From the NCBI GenBank assembly GCA_040954595.2, contig CM082588.2, positions 8,788,844-8,852,843 on the forward strand: DNA of 64,000 nt, written 5' to 3'. The notes beneath the pieces were generated by a model that had not been told where the DNA came from, searched no databases, and saw only the letters and a program-made list of their open reading frames with translations. The DNA comes from Balanoglossus misakiensis (taxonomy: Eukaryota > Animalia > Hemichordata). Positions within the stretch are counted from its first letter, which is position 1, and the number at the start of each line of letters is the position of its first letter. A program made the position numbers and the translations under genes. Positions 9,995 to 22,061 of this stretch are shown here, piece by piece.

Positions 9995-12900
9995 CTAGTT
10001 TACTCTCGATTACACACAAAGTTAGCCCCATTTCACTTGTATACATATTTACGCAAATTTCCTTCTCCTGTTCCCATTCGTTATATACCACGCCTGCTTA
10101 AAGGACACCGACTTAGCACGGTGTCCTTCTAATTCAGCGGGGACTTGAGCTTGGTCCCGCCGAGGTAGCGGGGAGACGTCGCACACAAGCTGCCTTTCCA
10201 TCTCCTGTTCACATGCGTTATATACCACGCCTGCTTAAAGGACACCGACTTAGCACAATGTCTTTCTAATTCGGCGGGGACTTGAGCTTGGTCCCGCCGA
10301 GGTAACCGGGAGACGTAGCACACTAGCTGCCCTTCCTTCCCCTGTTCCATTCGTTATATACCACGCCTGCTTAAAGGACACCGACTTAGCACAATGTCTT
10401 TCTAATTCGGCGGGGACTTGAGCTTGGTCCCGCCGAGGTAGCGGGGAGACGTCGCACACAAGCTGCCTTTCCTTCTCCTGTTCACATGCGTTATATACCA
10501 CACCTACTTAAAGGACACCGACTTAGCACAGTATCTTTCTTATTCGGCGGGGACTTGAGCTTGGTCCCCCCGAGGTAACCGGGAGACGTCGCACACTAGC
10601 TGCCCTTCCCTTTCTTGTTCCCATGCGTTATATACCACGCCTGCTTAAAGGACACCGACTTAGCACGTTGTCTTTCTAATGCGGCGGGGACTTGAGCTTG
10701 GTCCCGCTGAGGTAGCCGGGAGACGTCGCACACTAGCTGCCCTTCCCTTTCTTGTTCCTATGCGTTATATACCACGCATACTTAAAGGTCACCGACTTAG
10801 CGCGTTGTCTTTCTAATTCGGCAGGGACTTGAGCTTGGTCCCGCCGAGGTAGCGGGGAGACGTCGCACACTAGCTGCCTTTCCTTTTCCTGTTCCCATGC
10901 GTTATATACCACGCCTGCTTAAAGGACACCGACTTATCGCGTTGTCTTTCTAATTCGGCGGGGACTTGAACTTGGTCCCGTCGAGGTAGCGGGGAGATGT
11001 CGTACACTAGCTGCCCTTCCTTCCCCTGTTCCCATGCGTTATATACCGCGCCTTCTTAAGGACACAGACTTTGCGCATTGTCTCTCTTATTCGGCGGGGA
11101 CTTGAGCTTGGTCCCGCCGAGGTAACCGGGAGACGTCGCACACTAGCTGCCCTTCCTTTTCCTGTTCCCATGCGTTATATACCACACCTGCTTAAAGGAC
11201 ACCGACTTAGCGCGATGTCTTTCTAATTCGGCGGGCACTTGAGCTTGGTCCCGCCGAGGTAACAGGGGAGACGTCGCACACTAGCTGCACTTCCTTCCCC
11301 TCTTCCCATGCGTTATATACCACGCCTGCTTAAAGGACACCGACTAAAGCACGTTGTCTTTTTAATTCGGCGGGGACTTGAGCTTGGTCCCGTCGAGGTA
11401 GCCGGGAGACGTCGCACACTAGCTGCCCTTCCTTCTCTTGTTCCCATGCGTTATATACCACGCCTGCTTAAAGGACACCGACTTAGCGTGTTGTCTTTCT
11501 AATTCTGCGGGGACTTGAGCTTGGTCCCGCCGCGGTAGCAGGGAGACGTCGCACACTAGCTGCACTTCCTTCCCCTGTTCCCATGCGTTATATACCACGC
11601 CTGCTTAAAGGACACCGACTTGGCGCGTTGTCTTTCTAATTCGGCGGGGACTTGAGCTTGGTCCCGCCGAGGTAGCCGGGAGACGTCGCACACTAGCTGC
11701 CCTTCCTTCTCTTGTTCCCATGCGTTATATACCACGCCTGCTTAAAGGACACCGACTTGGCGCGTTGTCTTTCTAATTCGGTGGGGACTTGAGCTTGGTC
11801 CCGCCGAGGTAACCGGGAGATGTCGCACACTAGCTGCCCTTCCTTCCCCTGTTCCCATGCGTTATATACCACGCCTGCTTAAAGGACACCGACTTAGCGC
11901 GTTGTCTTTCTAATTCGGCGGGGACTTGAGCTTGGTCCCGCCGAGGTAACAGGGAGACGTCGCACACTAGCTTCACTTCCTTCCCCTGTTCCCATGCGTT
12001 ATATACCACGCCTGCTTAAAGGACACCGACTTAGCACGTTGTCTTTCTAATTCGGCGGGGACTTGAGCTTGGTCCCGCCGAGGTAACCGGGACACGACGC
12101 ACACTAGCTGCCCTTCCTTCCCCTATTCCCATGCGTTATATACCACGCCTGCTTAAAGGACACCGACTTAGCGCGTTGTCTTTCTAATTCGGCGGGGACT
12201 TGAGCTTGGTCCCGCCGAGGTAACCGGGAGACGTCGCACACTAGCTGCCCTTCCTTCCCCTGTTCCTATGCGTTATATATCACGCCTGTTTAAAGGACAC
12301 CGACTTAGCGCGTTGTCTTTCTAATTCGGTGGGGACTTGAGCTTGGTCCCGCCGAGGTAGTGGGGAGACGTCGCACACTAGCTGCCCTTCCTTCCCCTGT
12401 TCCAATGCGTTATATACCGCGCCTTCTTAAGGACACATACTTTGCGCATTGTCTCTCTTATTCGGCGGGGACTTGAGCTTGGTCCCGCCGAGGTAACCGG
12501 GAGACGTCGCACACTAGCTGCCCTTCCTTTTCCTGTTCCTATGCGTTATATACCACACCTGCTTAAAGGACACCGACTTAGCGCGATGTCTTTCTAATTC
12601 GGCGGGGACTTGAGCTTGGTCCCGCCGAGGTAGTGGGGAGACGTCGCACACTAGCTGCCCTTCCTTCCCCTGTTCCCATGCGTTATATACCACGCCTGCT
12701 TAAAGGACACCGACTTGGCGCGTTGTCTTTCTAATTCAGTGGGGACTTGAGCTTGGTCCCGCCGAGGTAACCGGGAGATGTCGCACACTAGCTGCCCTTC
12801 CTTCCCCTGTTCCCATGCGTTATATACCACGCCTGCTTAAAGTACACCGACTTAGCGCGTTGTCTTTCTAATTCGGCGGGGACTTGAGCTTGGTCCCGCC

Positions 12901-15900
12901 GAGGTAACAGGGAGACGTCGCACACTAGCTGCACTTCCTTCCCCTGTTCCCATGCGTTATATACCACGCCTGCTTAAAGGACACCGACTTAGCGCGTTGT
13001 CTTTCTAATTCGGCGGGGACTTGAGCTTGGTCCCGCCGAGGTAACCGGGAGACGTCGCACACTAGCTGCCCTTCCTTCTCTTGTTCCCATGCGTTATATA
13101 CCACGCCTGCTTAAAGGACACCGACTTGGCGCGTTGTCTTTCTAATTCGGTGGGGACTTGAGCTTGGTCCCGCCGAGGTAACCGGGAGATGTCGCACACT
13201 AGCTGCCCTTCCTTCCCCTGTTCCCATGCGTTATATACCACGCCTGCTTAAAGGACACCGACTTAGCACGTTGTCTTTCTAATTCGGCGGGGACTTGAGC
13301 TTGGTCCCGCCGAGGTAACCGGGACACGACGCACACTAGCTGCCCTTCCTTCCCCTATTCCCATGCGTTATATACCACGCCTGCTTAAAGGACACCGACT
13401 TAGCGCGTTGTCTTTCTAATTCGGCGGGGACTTGAGCTTGGTCCCGCCGAGGTAACCGGGAGACGTCGCACACTAGCTGCCCTTCCTTCCCCTGTTCCCA
13501 TGCGTTATATATCACGCCTGTTTAAAGGACACCGACTTAGCGCGTTGTCTTTCTAATTCGGCGGGGACTTGAGCTTGGTCCCGCCGAGGTAGTGGGGAGA
13601 CGTCGCACACTAGCTGCCCTTCCTTCCCCTGTTCCAATGCGTTATATACCGCGCCTTCTTAAGGACACATACTTTGCGCATTGTCTCTCTTATTCGGTGG
13701 GGACTTGAGCTTGGTCCCGCCGAGGTAACCGGGAGACGTCGCACACTAGCTGCCCTTCCTTTTCCTGTTCCTATGCGTTATATACCACACCTGCTTAAAG
13801 GACACCGACTTAGCGCGATGTCTTTCTAATTCGGCGGGGACTTGAGCTTGGTCCCGCCGAGGTAGTGGGGAGACGTCGCACACTAGCTGCCCTTCCTTCC
13901 CCTGTTCCAATGCGTTATATACCGCGCCTTCTTAAGAACACATACTTTGCGCATTGTCTCTCTTATTCGGCGGGGACTTTAGCTTGGTCCCGCCGAGGTA
14001 ACCGGGAGACGTCGCACACTAGCTGCCCTTCCTTTTCCTGTTCCTATGCGTTATATACCACGCCTGCTTAAAGGACACCGACTTAGCACGTTGTCTTTTT
14101 AATTCGGCGGGGACTTGAGCTTGGTCCCGCCGAGGTAGCCGGGAGACGTCGCACACTAGCTGCCCTTCCTTCTCTTGTTCCCATGTGTTATATACCACGC
14201 CTGCTTAAAGGACACCGACTTAGCGCGTTGTCTTTTTAATTCGGCGGAGAATTGAGCTTGGTCCCGTCGAGGTAGCGGGGAGATGTCGTACACTAGCTGC
14301 CCTTCCTTCCCCTGTTCCAATGCATTATATACCACGCCTGCTTAAAGGACACCGACTTTGCGCCTTGTCTTTATAATTCTGTGAGGACTTGAGCTTGGTT
14401 TCGCAGAGGCAGCCAGGACACGACGCACACTAGCTGCACTTCCTTCCCCTGTTCCCATGCGTTATATACCACGCCTGCTTAAAGGACACAGACTTTGCGC
14501 ATTGTCTCTATTATTCGGCGGGGACTTGAGCTAGGTCCCGCCGAGGTAACAGGGGAGACGTCGCACACTAGCTGCACTTCCTTCCCCTGTTCCCATGCGT
14601 TATATACCACGCCTGCCTAAAGGACACCGACTTGGCGCGTTGTCTTTCTAATTCGGCGTGGACTTGAGCTTGGTCCCGCCGAGGTAACAGGGGAGACGTC
14701 GCACACTAGCTGCACTTCCTTCCCCTGTTCCCATGCGTTATATACCACGCCTGCCTAAAGGACACCGACTTGGCGCGTTGTCTTTCTAATTCGGCGGGGA
14801 CTTGATCTTTGTCTCGCCGAGGTAACCGGGAGACGTCGCACACTAGCTGCCCTTCCTTCCCCTGTTCCAATGCGTTATATACCGCGCCTTCTTAAGGACA
14901 CAGACTTTGCGCATTGTCTCTCTTATTCGGCGGGGACTTGAGCTTGGTCCCGCCGAGGTAACCGGGAGACGTCGCACACTAGCTGCCCTTCCTTTTCCTG
15001 TTCCCATGCGTTATATACCACACCTGCTTAAAGGACACCGACTTAGCGCGTTGTCTTTCTAATTCGGCGGGGACTTAAGCTTGGTCCCGCCGAGGTAACA
15101 GGGGAGACGTCGCACACTAGCTGCACTTCCTTCCCCTGTTCCCATGCGTTATATACCACGCCTGCTTAAAGGACACCGACTTGGCGCGTTGTCTTTATAA
15201 TTCTGTGAGGACTTGAGCTTGGTTTCGCAGAGGCAGCCAGGACACGACGCACACTAGCTGCACTTCCTTCCCCTGTTCCCATGCGTTATATACCACGCCT
15301 GCTTAAAGGACACAGACTTTGCGCATTGTCTCTATTATTCGGCGGGGACTTGAGCTAGGTCCCGCCGAGGTAACAGGGGAGACGTCGCACACTAGCTGCA
15401 CTTCCTTCCCCTGTTCCCATGCGTTATATACCACGCCTGCCTAAAGGACACCGACTTGGCGCGTTGTCTTTCTAATTCGGCGTGGACTTGAGCTTGGTCC
15501 CGCCGAGGTAACAGGGGAGACGTCGCACACTAGCTGCACTTCCTTCCCCTGTTCCCATGCGTTATATACCACGCCTGCCTAAAGGACACCGACTTGGCGC
15601 GTTGTCTTTCTAATTCGGCGGGGACTTGATCTTTGTCTCGCCGAGGTAACCGGGAGACGTCGCACACTAGCTGCCCTTCCTTCCCCTGTTCCAATGCGTT
15701 ATATACCGCGCCTTCTTAAGGACACAGACTTTGCGCATTGTCTCTCTTATTCGGCGGGGACTTGAGCTTGGTCCCGCCGAGGTAACCGGGAGACGTCGCA
15801 CACTAGCTGCCCTTCCTTTTCCTGTTCCCATGCGTTATATACCACACCTGCTTAAAGGACACCGACTTAGCGCGTTGTCTTTCTAATTCGGCGGGGACTT

Positions 15901-18900
15901 AAGCTTGGTCCCGCCGAGGTAACAGGGGAGACGTCGCACACTAGCTGCACTTCCTTCCCCTGTTCCCATGCGTTATATACCACGCCTGCTTAAAGGACAC
16001 CGACTTGGCGCGTTGTCTTTTTAATTCGGCGGAGAATTGAGCTTGGTCCCGTCGAGGTAGCGGGGAGATGTCGTACACTAGCTGCCCTTCCTTCCCCTGT
16101 TCCAATGCATTATATACCACGCCTGCTTAAAGGACACCGACTTAGCGCCTTGTCTTTATAATTCTGTGAGGACTTGAGCTTGGTTCCGCAGAGGCAGCCA
16201 GGACACGACGCACACTAGCTGCCCTTCCTTCCCCTGTTCCCATGCGTTATATATCACGCCTGTTTAAAGGACACCGACTTAGCGCGTTGTCTTTCTAATT
16301 CGGCGGGGACTTGAGCTTGGTCCCGCCGAGGTAGTGGGGAGACGTCGCACACTAGCTGCCCTTCCTTCCCCTGTTCCCATGCGTTATATACCACGCCTGC
16401 TTAAAGGACACCGACTTAGCGCGTTGTCTTTCTAATTCGGCGGGGACTTGAGCTTGGTCCCGCCGAGGTAACAGGGAGACGTCGCACACTAGATGCACTT
16501 CCTTCCCCTGTTCCCATGCGTTATATACCACGCCTGCTTAAAGGACACAGACTTTGCGCATTGTCTCTCTTATTCGGCGGGGACTTGAGCTTGGTCCCGC
16601 CGAGGTAACCGGGAGACGTCGCACACTAGCTGCCCTTCCTTTTCCTGTTCCCATGCGTTATATACCACACCTGCTTAAAGGACACCGACTTAGCGCGTTG
16701 TCTTTCTAATTCGGCGGGGACTTGAGCTTGGTCCCGCCGAGGTAACAGGGGAGACGTCGCACACTAGCTGCACTTCCTTCCCCTGTTCCCATGCGTTATA
16801 TACCACGCCTGCTTAAAGGACACCGACTTAGCACGTTGTCTTTTTAATTCGGCGGGGACTTGAGCTTGGTCCCGCCGAGGTAGCCGGGAGACGTCGCACA
16901 CTAGCTGCCCTTCCTTCTCTTGTTCCCATGCGTTATATACCACGCCTGCTTAAAGGACACCGACTTAGCGTGTTGTCTTTCTAATTCGGTGGGGACTTGA
17001 GCTTGGTCCCGCCGAGGTAACCGGGAGACGTCGCACACTAGCTGCCCTTCCTTTTCCTGTTCCTATGCGTTATATACCACGCCTGCTTAAAGGACACCAA
17101 CTTAGCACGTTGTCTTTTTAATTCGGCGGGGACTTGAGCTTGGTCCCGCCGAGGTAGCCGGGAGACGTCGCACACTAGCTGCCCTTCCTTCTCTTGTTCC
17201 CATGTGTTATATACCACGCCTGCTTAAAGGACACCGACTTAGCACGTTGTCTTTTTAATTCGGCGGGGACTTGAGCTTGGTCCCGCCGAGGTAGCCGGGA
17301 GACGTCGCACACTAGCTGCCCTTCCTTTTCCTGTTCCTATGCGTTATATACCACGCCTGCTTAAAGGACACCAACTTAGCACGTTGTCTTTTTAATTCGG
17401 CGGGGACTTGAGCTTGGTCCCGCCGAGGTAGCCGGGAGACGTCGCACACTAGCTGCCCTTCCTTCTCTTGTTCCCATGTGTTATATACCACGCCTGCTTA
17501 AAGGACACCGACTTAGCGCGTTGTCTTTTTAATTCGGCGGAGAATTGAGCTTGGTCCCGTCGAGGTAGCGGGGAGATGTCGTACACTAGCTGCCCTTCCT
17601 TCCCCTGTTCCAATGCATTATATACCACGCCTGCTTAAAGGACACCGACTTTGCGCCTTGTCTTTATAATTCTGTGAGGACTTGAGCTTGGTTTCGCAGA
17701 GGCAGCCAGGACACGACGCACACTAGCTGCACTTCCTTCCCCTGTTCCCATGCGTTATATACCACGCCTGCTTAAAGGACACAGACTTTGCGCATTGTCT
17801 CTATTATTCGGCGGGGACTTGAGCTAGGTCCCGCCGAGGTAACCGGGAGACGTCGCACACTAGCTGCCCTTCCTTTTCCTGTTCCCATGCGTTATATACC
17901 ACACCTGCTTAAAGGACACCGACTTAGCGCGTTGTCTTTCTAATTCGGCGTGGACTTGAGCTTGGTCCCGCCGAGGTAACAGGGGAGACGTCGCACACTA
18001 GCTGCACTTCCTTCCCCTGTTCCCATGCGTTATATACCACGCCTGCCTAAAGGACACCGACTTGGCGCGTTGTCTTTCTAATTCGGCGGGGACTTGATCT
18101 TGGTCTCGCCGAGGTAACCGGGAGACGTCGCACACTAGCTGCCCTTCCTTCCCCTGTTCCAATGCGTTATATACCGCGCCTTCTTAAGGACACAGACTTT
18201 GCGCATTGTCTCTCTTATTCGGCGGGGACTTGAGCTTGGTCCCGCCGAGGTAACCGGGAGACGTCGCACACTAGCTGCCCTTCCTTTTCCTGTTCCCATG
18301 CGTTATATACCACACCTGCTTAAAGGACACCGACTTAGCGCGTTGTCTTTCTAATTCGGCGGGGACTTAAGCTTGGTCCCGCCGAGGTAACAGGGGAGAC
18401 GTCGCACACTAGCTGCACTTCCTTCCCCTGTTCCCATGCGTTATATACCACGCCTGCTTAAAGGACACCGACTTGGCGCGTTGTCTTTTTAATTCGGCGG
18501 AGAATTGAGCTTGGTCCCGTCGAGGTAGCGGGGAGATGTCGTACACTAGCTGCCCTTCCTTCCCCTGTTCCAATGCATTATATACCACGCCTGCTTAAAG
18601 GACACCGACTTAGCGCCTTGTCTTTATAATTCTGTGAGGACTTGAGCTTGGTTCCGCAGAGGCAGCCAGGACACGACGCACACTAGCTGCCCTTCCTTCC
18701 CCTGTTCCCATGCGTTATATATCACGCCTGTTCAAAGGACACCGACTTAGCGCGTTGTCTTTCTAATTCGGCGGGGACTTGAGCTTGGTCCCGCCGAGGT
18801 AGTGGGGAGACGTCGCACACTAGCTGCCCTTCCTTCCCCTGTTCCCATGCGTTATATACCACGCCTGCTTAAAGGACACCGACTTAGCGCGTTGTCTTTC

Positions 18901-21638
18901 TAATTCGGCGGGGACTTGAGCTTGGTCCCGCCGAGGTAACAGGGAGACGTCGCACACTAGCTGCACTTCCTTCCCCTGTTCCCATGCGTTATATACCACG
19001 CCTGCTTAAAGGACACAGACTTTGCGCATTGTCTCTCTTATTCGGCGGGGACTTGAGCTTGGTCCCGCCGAGGTAACCGGGAGACGTCGCACACTAGCTG
19101 CCCTTCCTTTTCCTGTTCCCATGCGTTATATACCACACCTGCTTAAAGGACACCGACTTAGCGCGTTGTCTTTCTAATTCGGCGGGGACTTGAGCTTGGT
19201 CCCGCCGAGGTAACAGGGGAGACGTCGCACACTAGCTGCACTTCCTTCCCCTGTTCCCATGCGTTATATACCACGCCTGCTTAAAGGACACCGACTTAGC
19301 ACGTTGTCTTTTTAATTCGGCGGGGACTTGAGCTTGGTCCCGCCGAGGTAGCCGGGAGACGTCGCACACTAGCTGCCCTTCCTTCTCTTGTTCCCATGCG
19401 TTATATACCACGCCTGCTTAAAGGACACCGACTTAGCGTGTTGTCTTTCTAATTCGGTGGGGACTTGAGCTTGGTCCCGCCGAGGTAACCGGGAGATGTC
19501 GCACACTAGCTGCCCTTCCTTCCCCTGTTCCCATGTGTTATATACCACGCCTGCTTAAAGGACACCGACTTAGCGCGTTGTCTTTCTAATTCGGCGGGGA
19601 CGTGAGCTTGGTCCCGCCGAGGTAACAGGGAGACGTCGCACACTAGCCGCACTTCCTTCCCCTGTTCCCATGCGTTATATACCACGCCTGCTTAAAGGAC
19701 ACCGACTTAGCACGTTGTCTTTCTAATTCGGCGGGGACTTGAGCTTGGTCCCGCCGAGGTAACCGGGACACGACGCACACTAGCTGCCCTTCCTTCCCCT
19801 ATTCCCATGCGTTATATACCACGCCTGCTTAAAGGACACCGACTTAGCGCGTTGTCTTTCTAATTCGGCGGGGACTTGAGCTTGGTCCCGCCGCGGTAGC
19901 AGGGAGACGTCGCACACTAGCTGCACTTCCTTCCCCTGTTCTCATGCGTTATATATCACGCCTGTTTAAAGGACACCGACTTAGCGCGTTGTCTTTCTAA
20001 TTCGGTGGGGACTTGAGCTTGGTCCCGCCGAGGTAACAGGGAGACGTCGCACACTAGCTGCACTTCCTTCCCCTGTTCCCATGCGTTATATACCACGCCT
20101 GCTTAAAGGACACCGACTTAGCGCGTTGTCTTTCTAATTCGGCGGGGACTTGAGCTTGGTCCCGCCGAGGTAACCGGGAGACGTCGCACACTGGCTGCCC
20201 TTCCTTCCCCTGTTCCCATGCGTTATATATCACGCCTGTTTAAAGGACACCGACTTAGCGCGTTGTCTTTCTAATTCGGCGGGGACTTGAGCTTGGTCCC
20301 GCCGAGGTAGTAGGGAGACGTCGCACACTAGCTGCACTTCCTTCCCCTGTTCCCATGCGTTATATACCACGCCTGCTTAAAGGACACCGACTTAGCACGT
20401 TGTCTTTCTAATTCGGCGGGGACTTGAGCTTGGTCCCGCCGAGGTAACCGGGACACGACGCACACTAGCTGCCCTTCCTTCTCTTGTTCCCATGCGTTAT
20501 ATACCACGCCTGCTTAAAGGACACCGACTTAGCGCGTTATCTTTTTAATTCGGCGGAGAATTGAGCTTGGTTCCGCAGAGGCAGCGGGGAGATGTCGTAC
20601 ACTAGCTGCCCTTCCTTCCCCTGTTCCCATGCGTTATATATCACGCCTGTTTAAAGGACACCGACTTAGCGCGTTGTCTTTCTAATTCGGCGGGGACTTG
20701 AGCTTGGTCCCGCCGAGGTAGTGGGGAGACGTCGCACACTAGCTGCCCATCCTTCCCCTGTTCCCATGCGTTATATACCACGCCTGCTTAAAGGACACCG
20801 ACTTAGCGCGTTGTCTTTCTAATTCGGCGGGGACTTGAGCTTGGTCCCGCCGAGGTAACCGGGACACGACGCACACTAGCTGCCCTTCCTTCCCCTATTC
20901 CCATGCGTTATATACCACGCCTGCTTAAAGGACACCGACTTAGCGCGTTGTCTTTCTAATTCGGCGGGGACTTGAGCTTGGTCCCGCCGAGGTAACCGGG
21001 AGACGTCGCACACTAGCTGCCCTTCCTTCCCCTGTTCCCATGCATTATATATCACGCCTGCTTAAAGGACACCGACTTAACGCGTTGTCTTTTTAATTCG
21101 GCGGAGAATTGAGCTTGGTCCCGCCGAGGTAGTGGGGAGACGTCGCACACTAGCTGCCCTTCCTTCCCCTGTTCCAATGCGTTATATACCGCGCCTTCTT
21201 AAGGACACAGACTTTGCGCATTGTCTCTCTTATTCGGCGGGGACTTGAGCTTGGTCCCGCCGAGGTAACCAGGAGACGTCGCACACTAGCTGCCCTTCCT
21301 TTTCCTGTTCCCATGCGTTATATACCACACCTGCTTAAAGGACACCGAATTAGCGCGATGTCTTTCTAATTCGGCGGGGACTTGAGCTTGGTCCCGCCGA
21401 GGTAACAGGGGAGACGTCGCACACTAGCTGCACTTCCTTCCCCTGTTCACAATTCGTTATATACCACGCCTGCTTAAAGGACACCGACTTAGCACGTTGT
21501 CTTTTTAATTCGGCGGGGACTTGAGCTTGGTCCCGCCGAGGTAGTCGGGAGACGTCGCACACTAGCTGCCCTTCCTTCTCTTGTTCCCATGCGTTATATA
21601 CCACGCCTGCTTAAAGGACACCGACTTAGCGTGTTGTC

Positions 21639-22061
21639 TAGACTCTAAGCAGTCGCTGTGCCTATGGCATCGGACCTTTCGGAACTGCGTCAGCGTACGT
21701 GGACGCGCCGCCAGGCATAGCGACTGTACGTTTCTGCACACATATATTTGATATGAATATTCATGAGCGGCGTTAATTTGCATGTAGAACATCTAGAAGC
21801 GCACAAAGCTCGCGATAACGCCCAAAAATGCGTATTCTGTACCTGGTATGTACGCGTATAGAACTCATGTTGACGCGACGCTAATTTGATTGACAGACAC
21901 ATGAGGTTCGAATGTTCTCCGCTACTTACCAAAATCTGGTAAAACCACTTGAGGGCGTTTACAGAATCGGCAAGACTGTGTGATTAGCGTCGCGTCCTGT
22001 TCTATACGCAACGCGGACGCGCATTTCTTTTTCAGTATCACACAGTCTTGGAGCAAGACTA
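21639..22061. mobile_element. 423-bp non-autonomous DNA transposon inserted in the satellite, 9-bp TSD, TAG...CTA termini (AcademH-like)
   Basis: TSD cgtgttgtc at 21630-21638 and 22062-22070. Termini are tagact... and ...agacta. Removing the element and one TSD restores a normal monomer. The family call rests on TAG termini plus a 9-bp TSD. Confidence 0.88.

Noticed and set aside
10081-10217. Monomer as tRNA/5S/SINE, twister or HDV-like ribozyme, or CENP-B box carrier
   Set aside because: Only a loose B-box-like gctcaagtcc and a TATATA are present. No cloverleaf, ribozyme core consensus or TTCG-N4-A-N2-CGGG spacing was found by eye.
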